Positions 33,829-48,800 of a stretch of 64,000 nucleotides of DNA are shown here, one piece after another. Within the stretch, counting starts at the first letter, position 1, and each line of letters opens with the position of its first letter. The translations under genes and the position numbers were made by a program. Below the pieces are notes generated by a model, which was given only the letters and a program-made list of their open reading frames with translations, ran no database searches and was not told the origin of the DNA. The DNA is taken from assembly GCF_902713615.1 (NCBI RefSeq), contig NC_052169.1, forward strand, positions 4,118,915 through 4,182,914, given 5' to 3'. The DNA comes from Scyliorhinus canicula. Its lineage: Eukaryota.

Positions 33829-36800
33829 CCGGTCAGCCATAGCCTTTCTCGGGCCGGCCCCTGACCCCTGCGTTGCGCCATTCCTGGCCCGCCCTATAGC
33901 TGCCTCCACCCTCGACCTCCTTTCCAGTGCCTATTTCAAGTCCCTCTCCCGTCAGCAAAACAACCCCCCCCTCCCCTAAACCCATCCCCCGATACCCCCA
34001 CCCCTGCCATCTACTGGCTGTAACTCACTCCCTTGACTAGCCAATCTGCTAGCCCGGTGACTCAACACTCCGGTGCCTTCCTGTCTCATTCCCATTGTTT
34101 CCCCATCCTCCTCCCCACCCACCGGGGCAAGCCGGCTCCAGTGTCTTCCGCGAGCTGCACAAAAAGCACAAACCAGCCCAAACAGGAAAAAAAAACACAG
34201 AAAAAAGAGAAAAAGCACAGAAATGTCCATGAACAAAGGAAAGAGTCTCAAATGTTCCGCTTGGCCCCTTTGGCCCAGCAAACCGTTGAGCAGCAGTCCA
34301 GGCACATTCGGCGTTCCTTCCCACAAAAATCCTCGGGCCCTAACTCGCGTCCTTGGGGCCTCCTTTCGGGACCAGCCCCAGGTCCCTCACAAAATCCATC
34401 GCTTCTTCGGGCTCGGAGAAGTAGCGGTGTTGACCCTGGTGCGTGGCCCATAGCCGAGCTGGGAACAGCAGACCAAACTTCACGTGCTTCTTGAACAGCA
34501 CCTCCTTGACATTCTTAAAGGCTGCTCGCCGCCGAGCCACCTCCTGGCTTAGGTCCTGATAAATGCGGAGAACACTGTTGTTCCACATGCTGCTCCTGGC
34601 GCTCTTTGCCCACTGCAGCACCCGCTCCTTGTCCACGAACCTGTGGAACCTAATCACCATCGGGCGGGGGGGTCCGCCCGGCCGCCCCTGCCTTGCCTGC
34701 ACTCTGTGTGCCCCCTCCAGCTCCAGCGGTCGCGGAAAGTCTTCGGTCCCCATCAGCTGCTTCAGCAGGTCTGCTACAAACGCTGCAGCATCAGCTCCCT
34801 CCGCCCCCTCCGGGAGGCCGACCATCCTCAGATTGTTCCTGCGGACTCTATTCTCCAGCTCCTCCACTCTGTCCAGTAGTCTTCTCTGCCGCTCTTTCAG
34901 GCCGTCAACTTCTAGCGTTGCAACCGTTTGCGTATCCGCCTGCTCCTCCACCGCCTCTCCCAGCTCCTTAACTTTAACATCCTGGGCGTCCAGCCTCTGG
35001 TTCAGCTGATCCACCGCTTTCTGGATTGGGTCCAAGCTGTCCCGCTTCAGCGCTTCAAAACTGGACTTCATTACCTGGAGCATGTTATCCAGCGCCTGCT
35101 GGATTGCTGAGTCCGGGGTCCCTGTGTCCGCCATCTTAGGTCCCAGGTAATTTTCTTCAGGTCCTTGTCTCTGTCCCTTTTTCTCCTTCTTCTTCTGCCT
35201 TCTGGAATCCCGCTGTTCCATGTGCCGCAGCCAGCCCCTCAGCACCTTCGCTGCCGCCTTCCTTCTCCCAGCTCCTTACATTTTACCTCCTGGGCATCTG
35301 AAGTGGGTCCAAGCTGTCCCTCCTCAGCAACTCCAAACTTTTTTCCTTGTCCTGGAGGAAGGAAGGTCCGTGGGTCCGCCATCTTACCCTTCAGGTCAGT
35401 TTCCTCCTTGCCTCCGTCTCTCTCTCTCTCTTTCTTCCTCTACCTGCTGGCCTCCCACAATTCCATCCGCTGCAGCCCGCTCTCCTCTTCTTTCATGGCA
35501 GCCTTTTTGCCGCCCCCGTGGTCCCGCTATCGCGGGGAATCAGCTGCTAAGCCCCGCCGGAGTGAGAGCCCGCCGAATGTGCGGCTCACTTGAACATCGC
35601 CGCCACCGGAAGTCCTAAAGCAATTCTTTTTGATGTCATCATTTCCTCTGTTGATTTTTCCATTGTATCTCTCAACCCCATCTTTCTTCAGAAACTCATT
35701 GAACTATCTCTTGAACTCATTTATACTTATTGCTTCAGCAGCCTCCTTGACAACTTGTTCAATAACTCTCTGGCTGAATAGGTTAGGATTCAATGACTGA
35801 GTGAACTGAACGGCCTTTCTAACCCATGGCTATTCATAGAATGATAGAATTTACATTGCACAAGGAGGCCATTCAGCCCATTGAGTCTGCACCGGCTCTT
35901 GGAAAGAGCACCCTACCCAAGCTCACACCTCCATCCTATCCCAGTAACCCCACCCAATCTGTTTGGCAATTTAGCATGGCCAACCACCCAAACCGCACGT
36001 CTTTGGACTGTGGGAGGAAACCGGAGCACCCGGAGGAAACCCACGCACACACGGGGAGAACGTGCAGACTCCGCACAGACAGTGACCCAAGCCGGGAATG
36101 GAACCTGAGACCCTAGAGTTGTGAAGCAACAGTGCTAACCACTGTGCTACTGTGCTGCCTCTTGTATAACCTTTGTTTATACTTTGCTTCTTTTACAGGT
36201 TTTCAAAGAGATTCGGAATGAGCATTTCTCTAATGTGTTTGGGTTCTTAAGCCAGAAAGCAAGACGGCTTCAGGCACAGTATGATGTAAGTATCATAGAA
36301 AAGGGTGCTGTTCCTTCAGAGTTATACTATCCTGTTGGGAGAGACGGCTCACGTTTTGAGCTGTCTTGTAGAAACTGCAGTTGGTGGTGTACAGGTCCTC
36401 CTGCTGATTCCCTTATTTCCCCTTTACTTTTGCTGTTATCATTTTGATCCATGGATGGTTAATGGACATGTGCCTTTAAGTCAAGCAGCAGAGCGAAGGA
36501 GGAATTCAGGAGGTTGCAACATAGTATATTGTGCTACTAGTTTTAGACAGCAAAACCCAGACTTTATGGCACCACTTTGAAGCAAGGTCTGCTTAAAGCC
36601 AACAATCTGAAACACAAGACTCTTTTCCTTGTGATTTTCACCCCTCCCCCCTGTGTTTGTCTGTCATGTGTGTGGTTGTGTGTGTATAGAGAGTGGAGGG
36701 AAAGATAAAGTGGGGAATTAGAAATTAGGTGATAGTTAACCAATTATGTTTGCTGCATATTTTATTATGGTTTCTATAAACAAAAAGTTATGTTTAATTT

Positions 36801-39800
36801 TACAAACCTGGTGGCTGTAATTATTCGGCAGCCATGGGCTCTTTGGGTGTTTTTCTAAGAATTATTGTTTAATTCAATTGTGTTGTGCCTCCAGGTCAAG
36901 TGGGGCTGGAATTGACTGTGCACTGGCCCAGGGGGTTGCAATAGTGGTGTTCCTACCAAATCATTGTAACTGAACACATGAGTTAACATCCCCAGTAAGA
37001 TCGCACAGAGAGGCTGGGCAGAGGCGCACTGTGTTTCCATGGGAGTAGTGCCTAATTTCTTCATCCATCAGATCTATTAACCCAGATCCTGAGTTTGCCC
37101 GACGGCTCAGACAGTACATCACCATTCTGTCAATGGTACACAACAGGGTATTGGAGCCTGTCGTAATCGCTACTGGGGCAGTGGTCAGCACCTTGAGCTG
37201 GGCAGGCTGCAAAGTCTGAATCTGGCTTAAAGGTTTTGTTATCTGAAATTGGGTTCAGCAGTGGGCCCACTCAAACTTGCTGACACTTGGTGTCCAGGCC
37301 CACGCTCGGTAAAAGGATCAATCTATTAAAGTACCATGGCGACGACTGTAGCGCAGTGACAACTTCCATTTATATAATCTTATATAACACTAAGGAACAA
37401 AGTAAACCCCCGATCCCAAAAAAGGTTAATCACACGCGTATTCATAGAATCATAGAATTTACAGTGCAGAAGGAGGCCATTCGGCCCATCGAGTCTGCAC
37501 CGGCCCCTGGAAAGAGCCCCCTACCCAAGCCCACACCTCCACCCTATCCACATAACCCAGTAACCCTGCCTAAACTTTTTGGACACTAAGGGCAATTTAT
37601 CATGGCCAATCCACCTCACCTGCACATCTTTGGACTGTGGGAGGAAACCGGAGCACCCGGAGGAAACCCACGCAGACACGGGGAGAAATGTGCAGACTCC
37701 GCACAGACAGTGACCCAAGGCGGGAATCGAACCTGGGATCCTGGAGATGTGAAGCAACAGTGCTAACCACTGTGCTACCATGCCGCCATTGTCAAACATT
37801 ATTTGACCCCAAGCCATAGAAAGAGTTTTTACAATGATAGATTTTAAGGAACATCTCCAAGGAAAAGAGAGAGAGAGAGGTAAAGAGGCAGAGGGGTTTA
37901 CAGGGGGTGTTCTTGGGGTCAAAGCAGCAGAGGCATGACCCCCAATGGTGGTGCCATGAAAACCTCGGATGGGCAAGAGGCTAAAATTGGTGGTAATGGA
38001 TGGGGAACGGCGAGGCCATGGAGGAATTTAAAAACCAAGCCGAGCGGTTTCTAGACCTGCGTATTGAGTCAGCTTCCACGTGGGGTTATTCCCTGTGGCT
38101 CAGCTCAGTACAGATGGTGGGGCTGTTTAATCAAGCTGGTTACGTGTACACGGAGAACAGACTGGATATTGGTCAAGATCTGTTCAGCCGAACAAAGACC
38201 AGAACACAGTACTTCTACAACGTTCAATAATCAATAACCCTCCCCAGTTGGACACAATCCAATCCCTGAAGCTGCTACGTTTAAACTTATCCAATAGAAT
38301 TGCAAGCAGCGCATGATTGATCCTCATCCTGACAGCTGTGCACAATCCCAGCAGCCTGTGCTGACTGTGAGAAACAGAACAATAGAACCAGCACCCTGGA
38401 TTGTTTTACAAAGACAGGATATTAGAAGTAATGTCCTTTTGGTCAAGTGAGCTATCCTAAATCCCTTTGATTACTTATTACTGCTATGTCCTAAAAATAC
38501 ATGTTTAATGGTTAATAATGATTACTCAGTCCTATCATTCATCTCAATCCTTAATAAAATAACTTATGTAAAACTTCTCTAGTGGCATGCTAACTTCAGT
38601 TTTAAGAGGTATCATCGCTGAACCCCCCCCCCCCCCCCTTCAAAGACAGGAGGTGATAGATGAATGGGACTTGGTATGAGTTCATCCCAGCAAGATCCAG
38701 CCTCTCCAGGGGAGGAGGTGAGAAAATTGGGAGAGAATAAGGGGACATTTTCATGTGTTACAGACAAGGGTCTGAATAGCTTCTTACTGTTCCACACAGA
38801 AACGCCAAGGGATGGATATTAAACAGATGAAGGATTTTGTATCTCAGGAGTTGAAGACCTTGAAACAGGAGCATCGGTTACTGAGTCTGCGTAAGTACCT
38901 AAGAGACTTAACCATTGGTGGTACTCACACATCTACGTCGGAAAGTTGTGGGTTCAATCTTCTTTTTATCCTGGAGCACAAAGTCTGGACTGACACTCCC
39001 ATTAGTTTATCGCAAGAATGTTGCATCATCAGAGGTGCTACATTGAGCTGAAGCCCCATCTGACTGCACTATTTGACAAAGAGCAGGAAGTTCCCGTAGT
39101 TTCCTGGACATTTCTGTTTGGCTACCATTTCCCACATGCTAACGATCGCCAAGTTTCAAAGTGACTTGCATTATGTGGAGTTTTTGGGGGACACTTGAGA
39201 GACCTGATGAAACAGGATATAAATACAAATCCAAGGGCAGCACGGTGGCGCAGTGGTTAGCACTGCTGCCTGACGGCGCCACGGTCCCAGGTTTGATCCC
39301 GGCTCTGGGTCACTGTCCGTGTGGAGTTTGCACATTCTCCCCGTGTCTGCGTGGGTTTCACCCCCACAACCCAAAGATGTGTGTTGAACCCACAACCCAG
39401 GCATTTTTCCTAGGAGTCAGCGATTGGATGTATAGTAATGTCACCTAGCACCATTAATTTCTCAGGTATTCAACTAAATAATCTGGAAATGTCAAAATAA
39501 TTTATTAATAATTAAATTATTATAATATAATAGTATATGATTAAGTATAATAATATCTTTATTAGCGTCACAAGTAGGTGTCCATTAACGTTGCAATGAA
39601 GGAACAAGTGACTTTGAACCTATGTCTGGATCTGCTGTAAACTAACTGATAGAGATTGGATGCTTTGATTGATCAATAACTCCATTATCATATCACATTG
39701 CCTCCCAGGACAGGATAACTAGATGGATAATAGTGTTTTTTGATCTCAGAATTCCGATATTTAACGATGACTGCCTGACGAGTGAATGATTAGTAAGGTA

Positions 39801-42800
39801 AAGTCTCCATAGTCCCAGATGACCATCGGCTGCTCTGCCCTTTGAAGGGAGAGCTGACTGGTGGGGATTTAACCTGAGGGTCACCACACCTCAGGCAAGG
39901 GGCAAGGTTGAGAAGGCGGGGCTTTGATGAATAACCCCAGCCGGTATGGGGATTAAACCTGAGCTGCTCTGCATCACAAACCAATTGTCCAGGCAACTGA
40001 GCTAAACCGGCTTTTTCAGAGGGTCGGTGCAGACCCGATTGGCCGAATGGCCTCCTTCTGCACCGTAAAGATTCCATGGATAGTCACATGATACAATGAT
40101 GCAGTTGTTGACTAATTACAGTGCTCAATCTCTATCAGTGAGTTTACAGCAGACCCAGACATGAGGTGGGAGAAACCTCACAATGTTGGAGAGATTTGGG
40201 AAGCAGAGGTCCCAAACCAACTGTTCCATCTGAGTACGTTCCACCCCCCACAGGTCACGTCACAAATTCCTCACATACTGGATCCCAAAATGTTATTTCA
40301 TGAAAGGAATCCACCTAATTAATTGGCATTTGATCAAATCAATGCAAACTTCTTCCACTGTCACCCTGGACAATCTATGCCGTAGATTGACCACTCACTC
40401 CTATATTGAAATATTGTTCCTGCTGATTGGGTTTGAATTTACCTTCAAGCACGGCCTGTATCCTCTGGTTCGACTGTTCTGGACAATGCATAAAGAAATT
40501 CCGTGGAGTATCAGCGGTTAAAGCTTTGTCCGTTCGTTTTTCTCTTAGATATTGGAGCGTGCGAGTCAATTATGAAAAAGAAAACGAAACAGGATTTTCA
40601 GGAGCTGCTAAAGTCTGAACATGGTATGTGGATCATACAGAGTCCCATAGAATCCCTACAGTGCTGAAGGAGGCCATTCAGCCCATTGAGTCTGCACCGG
40701 CCCTCTGAAAGAACACCCTACTTAAACTCGCTCCCCTTCCTTCTCTCAGTAACCCCACCTAACCTGCACGCCCCTGGACACTAAGGGGCAATTTTATCAT
40801 GGCCAATCTACCTAACTTGCACATCTTTGGACTGTGTGAGGAAACGCACGCAGACACCAGGAGAACACGCAGATTCTACACAGTCAGTCATCCAAGGCCG
40901 GAATTGAACCCAGGTCCCAGGCGCTGTGATGCAGCAGTGCTGACCACTGTGCCGTCCCAGCTGCTGTGTGATCAGCTCACCCACATTTTTTTGTTGTAAG
41001 TGATGTAATCTAAATGAAGTGGTGGGGTTCACAAAGCACCAACAGGGTAGCAACAAAAAATAGGAGAGAAGTGAGGCACTTGTGGGATTAGTGATTAAGA
41101 GAGTTAGTGTTTTAAAGCACTTGAAATTGTAAGTGGAAGGTGAGGAATTCTGCATCTTGGATGTTTCCTGAGGAAGGACGTGTTTTAGGAGACAATACGA
41201 TAAGTTTTCATTTCTGCACAAAATCATCAAAATCTGATAGAGGAAGGGACCGAAAGTCACCCTGCTATGAAGTATCAATGTTATCCTTAGTGTAAAGAGC
41301 AAAACTGGGATTTGGAAGGAAATCGCACCAATTGGGACAATTGCAGGAATTTCCTTATGCCAGAAGTTGATCAGTTTTTAAAATTGAGCAATGTATCACA
41401 GAAGATCTAATGCCAGAAATACCTTATTTCAGCCATCAACATCTGGCAGCTTGACAGACCCCTTGCCGGAGATCTATTCCTCTTGCACGTTCCCCCTCGC
41501 AGGAGTGTTCCCCGGGCCAACTTGTCTTTCATTCATTTACCAATTTTCTGGCATTCCTTTGTGTGCTTTTGGTTGCTGTTGTATTCATGGACTGGTTTTT
41601 GTTTCCCTCCCCAGCGCTATTGGAGGGATTTGAGATCCGAGAGAGTACCAGCTGTATTGAGGAACATGTTAACCGGCAGGTATGGGGCATCAGTGTACAT
41701 GTGTTTACAATCGCTCAGTCACCTTCAACAGTGGGTGTTGGGGTTGACATACCTCTTGTGCATTCATATATGAGAAATTATGCTTGGGTAAGAATAAGTG
41801 ATCAATGTCACAGTTGTAACGTCTGCTTTACAGTAATTACTGAGCAAAGATGTGGGAAAATCACCAGTACAGGGATTGGATTGGATTGGATTTGTTTATT
41901 GTCACGTGTACCGAGGTACAGTGAAAAGTATTTTTCTGCAAGCAGCTCAACAGATCATTCAGTACATGGGAAGAAAAGGGAATTAAACAATTCAAGAAAA
42001 TACATGAGAATACATAATAGGGCAACACAAGATATACAATGTAACTACATAAGCATTGGCATCGGTTGAAGCATACAGGGTGTAGTGTTAATGAGTTCAG
42101 TCAATAAGAGGGTCATTTAGGAGTCTGGTGACAGTGGGGAAGAAGCTGTTTTTGAGTCTGTTCGTGCTGTGAATCTCACAAAAACACATCAATCATGGTC
42201 ATTCCTCGCAGTAAAATGGCCCTAAAACCTTATTATATGGACTATCTGTAATTGTTATTTCTACAGAGTGTATTCCTGGAGGGTGCTTGGCAACAATCTG
42301 TTATTTAATATCATAGACGAAAGGGAAAATGCTGGAAAATCTCAGCAAGTCTGGCAGCATCTGTAGCTAACATTTCGAGTCCGATGACTCTTTGTCAAAG
42401 CTAACAGACAGAGAAAGTGGGAAATATTTATACTGTGGAAATATCTCTACTCGCTCAACAGTATAAATATTTCCCACTTTCTCTGTCTGTTAGCTTTGAC
42501 AAAGAGTCATCGGACTCGAAATGTTAGCTACAGATGCTGCCAGACTTGCTGAGATTTTCCAGCATTTTCCCTTTCGCTTCAGATTCCAGCATCCACAGTA
42601 ATTTGCTTTTATATAATATCATAGATTCATTAGTGGTATGTTAGTAAAAGCAGGCTTTAATGAGCTAAGCAGGCCAACCTGGCCCCAAATTTGATTGAGT
42701 AACTGGGGACCAGATGGTGGGCTTCACCGTGATTGAGCTCAAGGGAGTAGCCTGGGATCCCATTCATGATGGTTAACCTGCAATGGCGACTGGGAGCGAC

Positions 42801-45800
42801 ATAGTGTACGCACTAGGAGAGGCCGGAATTCACTGAATACTCCTCCTACTATTCATGTGGAACCATCACGTTCGGAAGGGAATTTTAGGGAATGTGTTTT
42901 TGGTTGGGAGACGAGGAGAAGTAAATGTTGTGCTGAAGAATGACAAATCCCCCAGCCTTTGGTGTTCTATGTTTAGTAACCTGCCAGTCAGCCTTTCCTG
43001 CGCAGGCCCCATTTATTCCTGACTCATTTTAATCTTTCAGATTTCTCCACTAGAGAGTCTACGGTTGATGTGTCTCCTTTCGCTGACAGAAAATGGTGAG
43101 TCTGAAACCTTTGTAACCTAAATTTATTTGAAAAAAAACTTTGTCCTCTGGTATTTCAGCCCTTGAACAATTAGCGTCTCTAATAATGGCCTTGAAGTCA
43201 CCTAATTTCCAAAGAAAGTGAGCTCAGCATAACTAACTTTAGCTTAATCTAGATTCTTGATACCTGGTGATCCTCTCTCAAGGGCAATAATATTTTCTTT
43301 TACCATAATCACCAAGATTGGTGGAGTAGTGGATGAGGTGGAGGGCTGTTGTCGGCTGCAAAGAGACATTGATAGGATGCAGAGCTGGGCCGAAAAATGG
43401 CAGATGGAGTTTAACCCTGATAAGTGCGAGGTGATTCATTTTGGTAGGAAAAATTTGAATGCGGATTACAGGGTCAACGGCAGGGTTCTGAGGAATGCGG
43501 AGGAACAGAGAGATCTTTGGGGTTCATGTCCACAGATCTCTGAAGGTTGCCACTCAAGTGGATAGAGCCGTGAAGAAGGCTATAGTGTGTTAGCGTTAAT
43601 TAACAGGGGGCTTGAGTTTAAGAGCCGCGGGGTTATGCTGCAACTGTACATGACCCTGGTGAGACCACATTTGGAGTATTGTGTGCAGTTCTGGTTACCT
43701 CACTATAGGAAGGATGTGGAAGCATTGGAAAGGGTGCAGAGGAGATTTACCAGGATGCTGTCTGGTTTGCAGGATAGGTCTTATGAGGAAAGGTTGAGGG
43801 AGCTAGGGCTTTTCTCTTTGGAGCAGAGGAGGATGAGAGGCGACTTAATAGAGGTTTATAAGATGATGAGGGGGTTAGATAGAGTGGACGTTCAGAGACT
43901 ATTTCCTCGGGTGGATGTAGCTGTTACAAGGGGGCATAACTAAGATTCAGGGTGGGAGATATAGGAGGGATGTCCGAGGTAGGTTCTTTACTCAGAGTGG
44001 TTAGGGTGTGGAATGGACTGCTTGCTGTGATAGTGGAGTCGGACACTTTAGGAACTTTCAAGAGGTTATTGGATAGGCACATGGAGCACACCAGAATGAC
44101 AGGGAGTGGGATAGCTTGATCTTGGTTTTGGACAATACTCGGCCCAACATTGAGGGCCGAAGGGCCTGTTCTGTGCTGTACTGTTCTATGTTCTATAATG
44201 AGATGATGGAAACTATACATTACTTGGGCACTAAACACAGTAATGTTATGGATTGGCCTGCCAGTGTGTTTGATAGCCTGGGACAGGATAGTGCTGGAGT
44301 TTAAATGCTTACCGCGCGCTGGCGTGAAGCTAAAGCCACCTTCTCTGTTAATATGTATACGATAATGGAGTTATTGATTAATCAGTCGTGCCATTGCCTG
44401 CAGTCCCTTGGGATATGGAAGTGCAGAGCAAGGCAGGATTCCCACTTCTGGTCAACACAGGTGGCTGAGTGCGGGCCCCTGCTGTGGACTGCATCTTGTT
44501 TGACTGCCATGTTCTTGGCCAGTGCGCAGCTCGCCAACAATTATTGCTGGGACCCCCACGTGGGTAATGGCTACACGAGTGAGGAACCGAGGTGTACCCA
44601 CCACTGAGGGAGGGAGTGTTTCCCCCTGTAAGGGAGCCAACCCATCCAGGAGAGGAAGAAAATTGGGGAAAATGTTAAAATGGTAACGGAAAATCATTGA
44701 ACACAGAAACGCAAACAGCAAGCGCTGGGGGGGGGGGGGGGGAAGAGACATGTGAATCTTTCAGCTGGTGACAATGTTCGAAGGGTAGCATGACGCAGCA
44801 CAGAAGGGGACCATTCGGCCCATCATGCCTGTGCTAGCTCATTGAAAGAGCTATGCACTCCCCACTCTTCCCCTATAGGCCTGCAAATATTTCCTTTTCA
44901 AGTATTTATCTAGTTCCCTTTTGTTCACGTTTTCAGGCAGTGCGTTCTAGAGTACAACTCACCTTGTAAAGAAATGTCTTCTAACTTTCATTCTGTTTCT
45001 TATCTATAGCTGGTTGCTGCCTTACCCTCCCCTCCCATTGTAGAAACTGTTCATCCCTATTCGCTAAAACCCCTTATTATTTGGACACCTCCCCAAATAA
45101 TGAAATGAAAATCGCTTATTGTCATGAGTAGGCTTCAATGAAGTTACTGTTAAAAGCCCCTAGTCGCCACATTCCAGCGCTATGTTCGGGGAGGCTGGTA
45201 CGGGAATCGAACCGTGCTGCTGGCCTGCCTTGGTCTGCTTTAAAAGCCAGCGATTTAGCGCAGTGTGCTAAACCAGTAATCTCCCCAAAAGCGGCTATGT
45301 TCCAAGGAGAAGAATCTTTTTTTTTCTCATGAAGGATCTTATCCTGAAGAACTCTCCCATCTTTTCTCTTTAGAGAAGCTGACAGGCCTTCGTGCCTTTA
45401 TGTCGGATTTTCAGCATTTGCCATTTTTCCTTCTGATCTTGTGTGTTTGCATTTCCTGTTATTTCCCCTCAGGCCTGATTTCTAAGGATTATCGATCGTT
45501 GAAAACTCAGTATCTGCAGGTGAGCAAAGAAAGATGCCACGGTCACAGCACTGATCAGGGGTGTGATCTGCTGGGATAAATTTTTGTTCTCGGGATGTGG
45601 CCGGTGCGGGTGGGTGGAGAGGCTACAGCCCTGCAACTGAATTGTCAGCCTGCGCTGTATGCTCAAGTTTCTGCAGTGGGACTTGAACCCAGAGCTAAGA
45701 GTGCCAGCACTCAGCCGTTTTGATGTTCTGGATTGAGGAAGAAATGTCATCCAGGGCACCACTTAGAAGCTGCAATTTGTAATTCTGCCTTTCCCCAGTT

Positions 45801-48800
45801 GGTTAGGACCCAGACGCTCCTTTCAAAAGTGGATTAGGGGTTGAGGTGAAGGTGAGGCTGGAGAGACTGTGGGTGGGGAGAAGAGGAAAGAGGTCGGGAA
45901 GCAGTGTTGCTCAGTCGACTCGCATCCAAAAAAGGCCTTGTAGCAATTTGCCTTTCCTGCAGTGGTGAAGACGAGAGGGAAACATCGCTTTAAAGTTACT
46001 GTGAAAATCCCCTGGTCCCCACACTCCGGCACCTGTTCAGGTACACAGGGAGAATTCAGAATGTCCAATTCACCTAACAAGCACGTCTTTCGGGACTCTC
46101 TATGACCACGCCCAATGCTACTACTATTTTTAAATTTCAGGCCAATGTTCTTTGACCCTTCAATTCTGGTTCCCTGTGCATTTCTTCATTTCCTCTACTA
46201 ACAGTGGAACCGTTACCCCAAGATCTTAGTCCCCTTACTACTTTCTCTCTCCACATTAAAAAAAAAAATTCCCTAAAGGCTATTTCTTTGATCGAGCTTT
46301 GGTGAACAATTCCACACAATGTACCTTGAGATCTTTACTGTACTGATAAAGGGGTATAATAATAATCTTTATTGTCACAAGTAGGCTTACACTGCAATGA
46401 AGTTACTGTGAAAAGCCCCTAGTCCTCACACTCCGGCGCCTGTTCGGGTACGCAGAGGGAGAATTCAGAATGTCAAATTCACCTAACAAGCACGTCTTTC
46501 GGGACGTGTGGGAGGAAACCGGAGCACCCGGAGGAAACCCATGCAGACACGGGGGGAACGTGCAGACTCCACACAGACAGTGACCCAAGCCAGGAATCAA
46601 ACCTGGAACCCTGGCGCTGTGATGCAACAGTGCTAGCCACTGTGCTACCGTGCCACCCAGATGTCAAGGGGCTTGGAGATTGTTGGAATATGTTGAGATA
46701 AAGGATCAGCCATGATCATGTTGAATGGTGGAGCAGGCTCGAAGGGCCGAATGGCCTTCTGCTATTTTCTATGTCTCTGCTGGAGGGATCAGAGCTGCGA
46801 CAGGATCTGATAACGGTGATCTTGTTTAAATCACAATTACCGAAAGCACATTATGTAGAACCTGCTGCACACTTGCTCTTAGTGTTGTTCTCATGGCTGC
46901 CCTGATTATGCAGGCATGCCCATTCATTTACCCATAGCTAATTGATACATTAAACAAAGGGTGGAAATTGACACCCGCACCCAGAGGCTCTGATTGATCG
47001 ATACATTGTCTACCCAACTATGAAATTGACAATGTGATCTGACATACAATCCAGTCATAATTTGATTGAAGCAAGCAGTGATATTTACTCCAGGGCCAAC
47101 CTCAGTCACCATCCATTATTGATCAACCTGACATGGTGTAAACGTCAACTCACCTGGAATCTGGCCAACTTGTCTTAATTGAATGTCATGAAGCCGTTGG
47201 TTTTGCAGTTCCTGATTTTACAGATTGGGACTTGGTCTCTGAGTAACGGACATGAATAGGGATCTTCAGGATTGTAGGACAAATGACTTTTGATATAATG
47301 TAATGTGAGTGTCAGATAAAGTGACTCATGTAAACCGGATTGAATAATATCTGATTGTACACGAGCTGTTTCCAATTAAAGCTGGCATGGGGTTGATGAG
47401 TTGACCGTTGGCTCTCCTTTTATTACAGTGAACAGACCACGTCCCCTTTGGAACTCTCTAGCAGCGTTCACTATCCTGACCTGTAACCTCGTTCACATTT
47501 ATTCCCCTTCCAGAGTTATGGTTATGATCACATCCTGACGTTTGCCAATCTGAAGCAAATTGGATTACTGACCGAGCAGCAGCCAGGAGAGACACTGACT
47601 GCAGTGGAGAGCACCATGGGGAAACTCGTGACGGACAAAGCAGTCGGTAAGGTGACACTGGAAATATAAAGTGGTGATATACTAGATGCTGAGAGATTGT
47701 AGGAAGCTTGTGTAGTGATATACTAGGCATTAGAAGATTATAGGACCTTTATTTGCACCGTTTGTAGTATTTAATCCCCAGGCAAGACTCATCGTGTCAT
47801 AATGGGACAAGGAAAAGTGCACCGAATTCTCAAAAACAACTTTTTAAAAAATCACATTAAAGATGATTCCCTCCCCCATCATTTAGGAATATGTTTTCCT
47901 GGTGATTTAGTTTGCGAGCACACAGTCTGGTATGGAACTGGCCGATTCATACCAGACCTATGGAATGGTGTTGGGTTGTCTAAGCTCACCTGGATGGAGG
48001 TAGGTGTGTTACAGCACAGTAGGTACTTGCTTCCTACAGCGAGCTGCAGGTAGCACCTTGCCTCTCGAGTCTGAAGGTTGCCATTTCAAGCCCTACTCCA
48101 GAGACTGGAAAACATAATCCAGACTGACATTCCAGTGCAGTACTGGAACAGTGCTGTACTGCTGGAGATGCATTTGGATGAGATATTAGACCGAGGTCCT
48201 GTCTGCCCTCTTGGGTTGGTGGGAAAGATCCTGTGGCATTATTTTCGAAGAAGAGCAGAAACGTTCTTCCCAGTGACCCTGATCAATAATTTAATCCTCA
48301 ATAAACATCAGTGAACAGATTATCGAATCTTTACCATGTTGCTGTACCAGTTCTGGCTGTCTGTCTGTTGCCTACATTAGAGCTGTAAGCAAACTTCAGA
48401 CGTGTTTAAGTGGCTGTAAAACATTTTGGAATGTCCTGTCGCTGTAAAATGTGACTTTTATTTTAGAAAATGTTTGATTGAGGCATTTATAATTTTAAAC
48501 AACAGAGTTCCGAGACTCGCAAAAACCCCAGAATAACATACCCAACTCCCCCCAGCCCTAAACCCTAACTACCCATACATTAGATTCCTTGCCGTTATCC
48601 GTCACTTCCATGCCTCGTAAAATGTGACGTTTGACTTGCTTTTGTCTAATGCATACAGTTGGATATTGGGCGAGGTTAGGGTTGGACCTGTCTGTGCTAA
48701 CTCGTGATGAAATAAACGCAGCAAATTTCACTTTTAATATATTCCCTAGTCTTCTGTCTCCTTGGTCGTGAAATCCTGTCTCACTACTGCTGACATTGGC

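Noticed and set aside
44420-44670. Possible HDV-like ribozyme in an RTE-like 5' sequence
   Set aside because: I could not fit the nested double-pseudoknot pairing by eye
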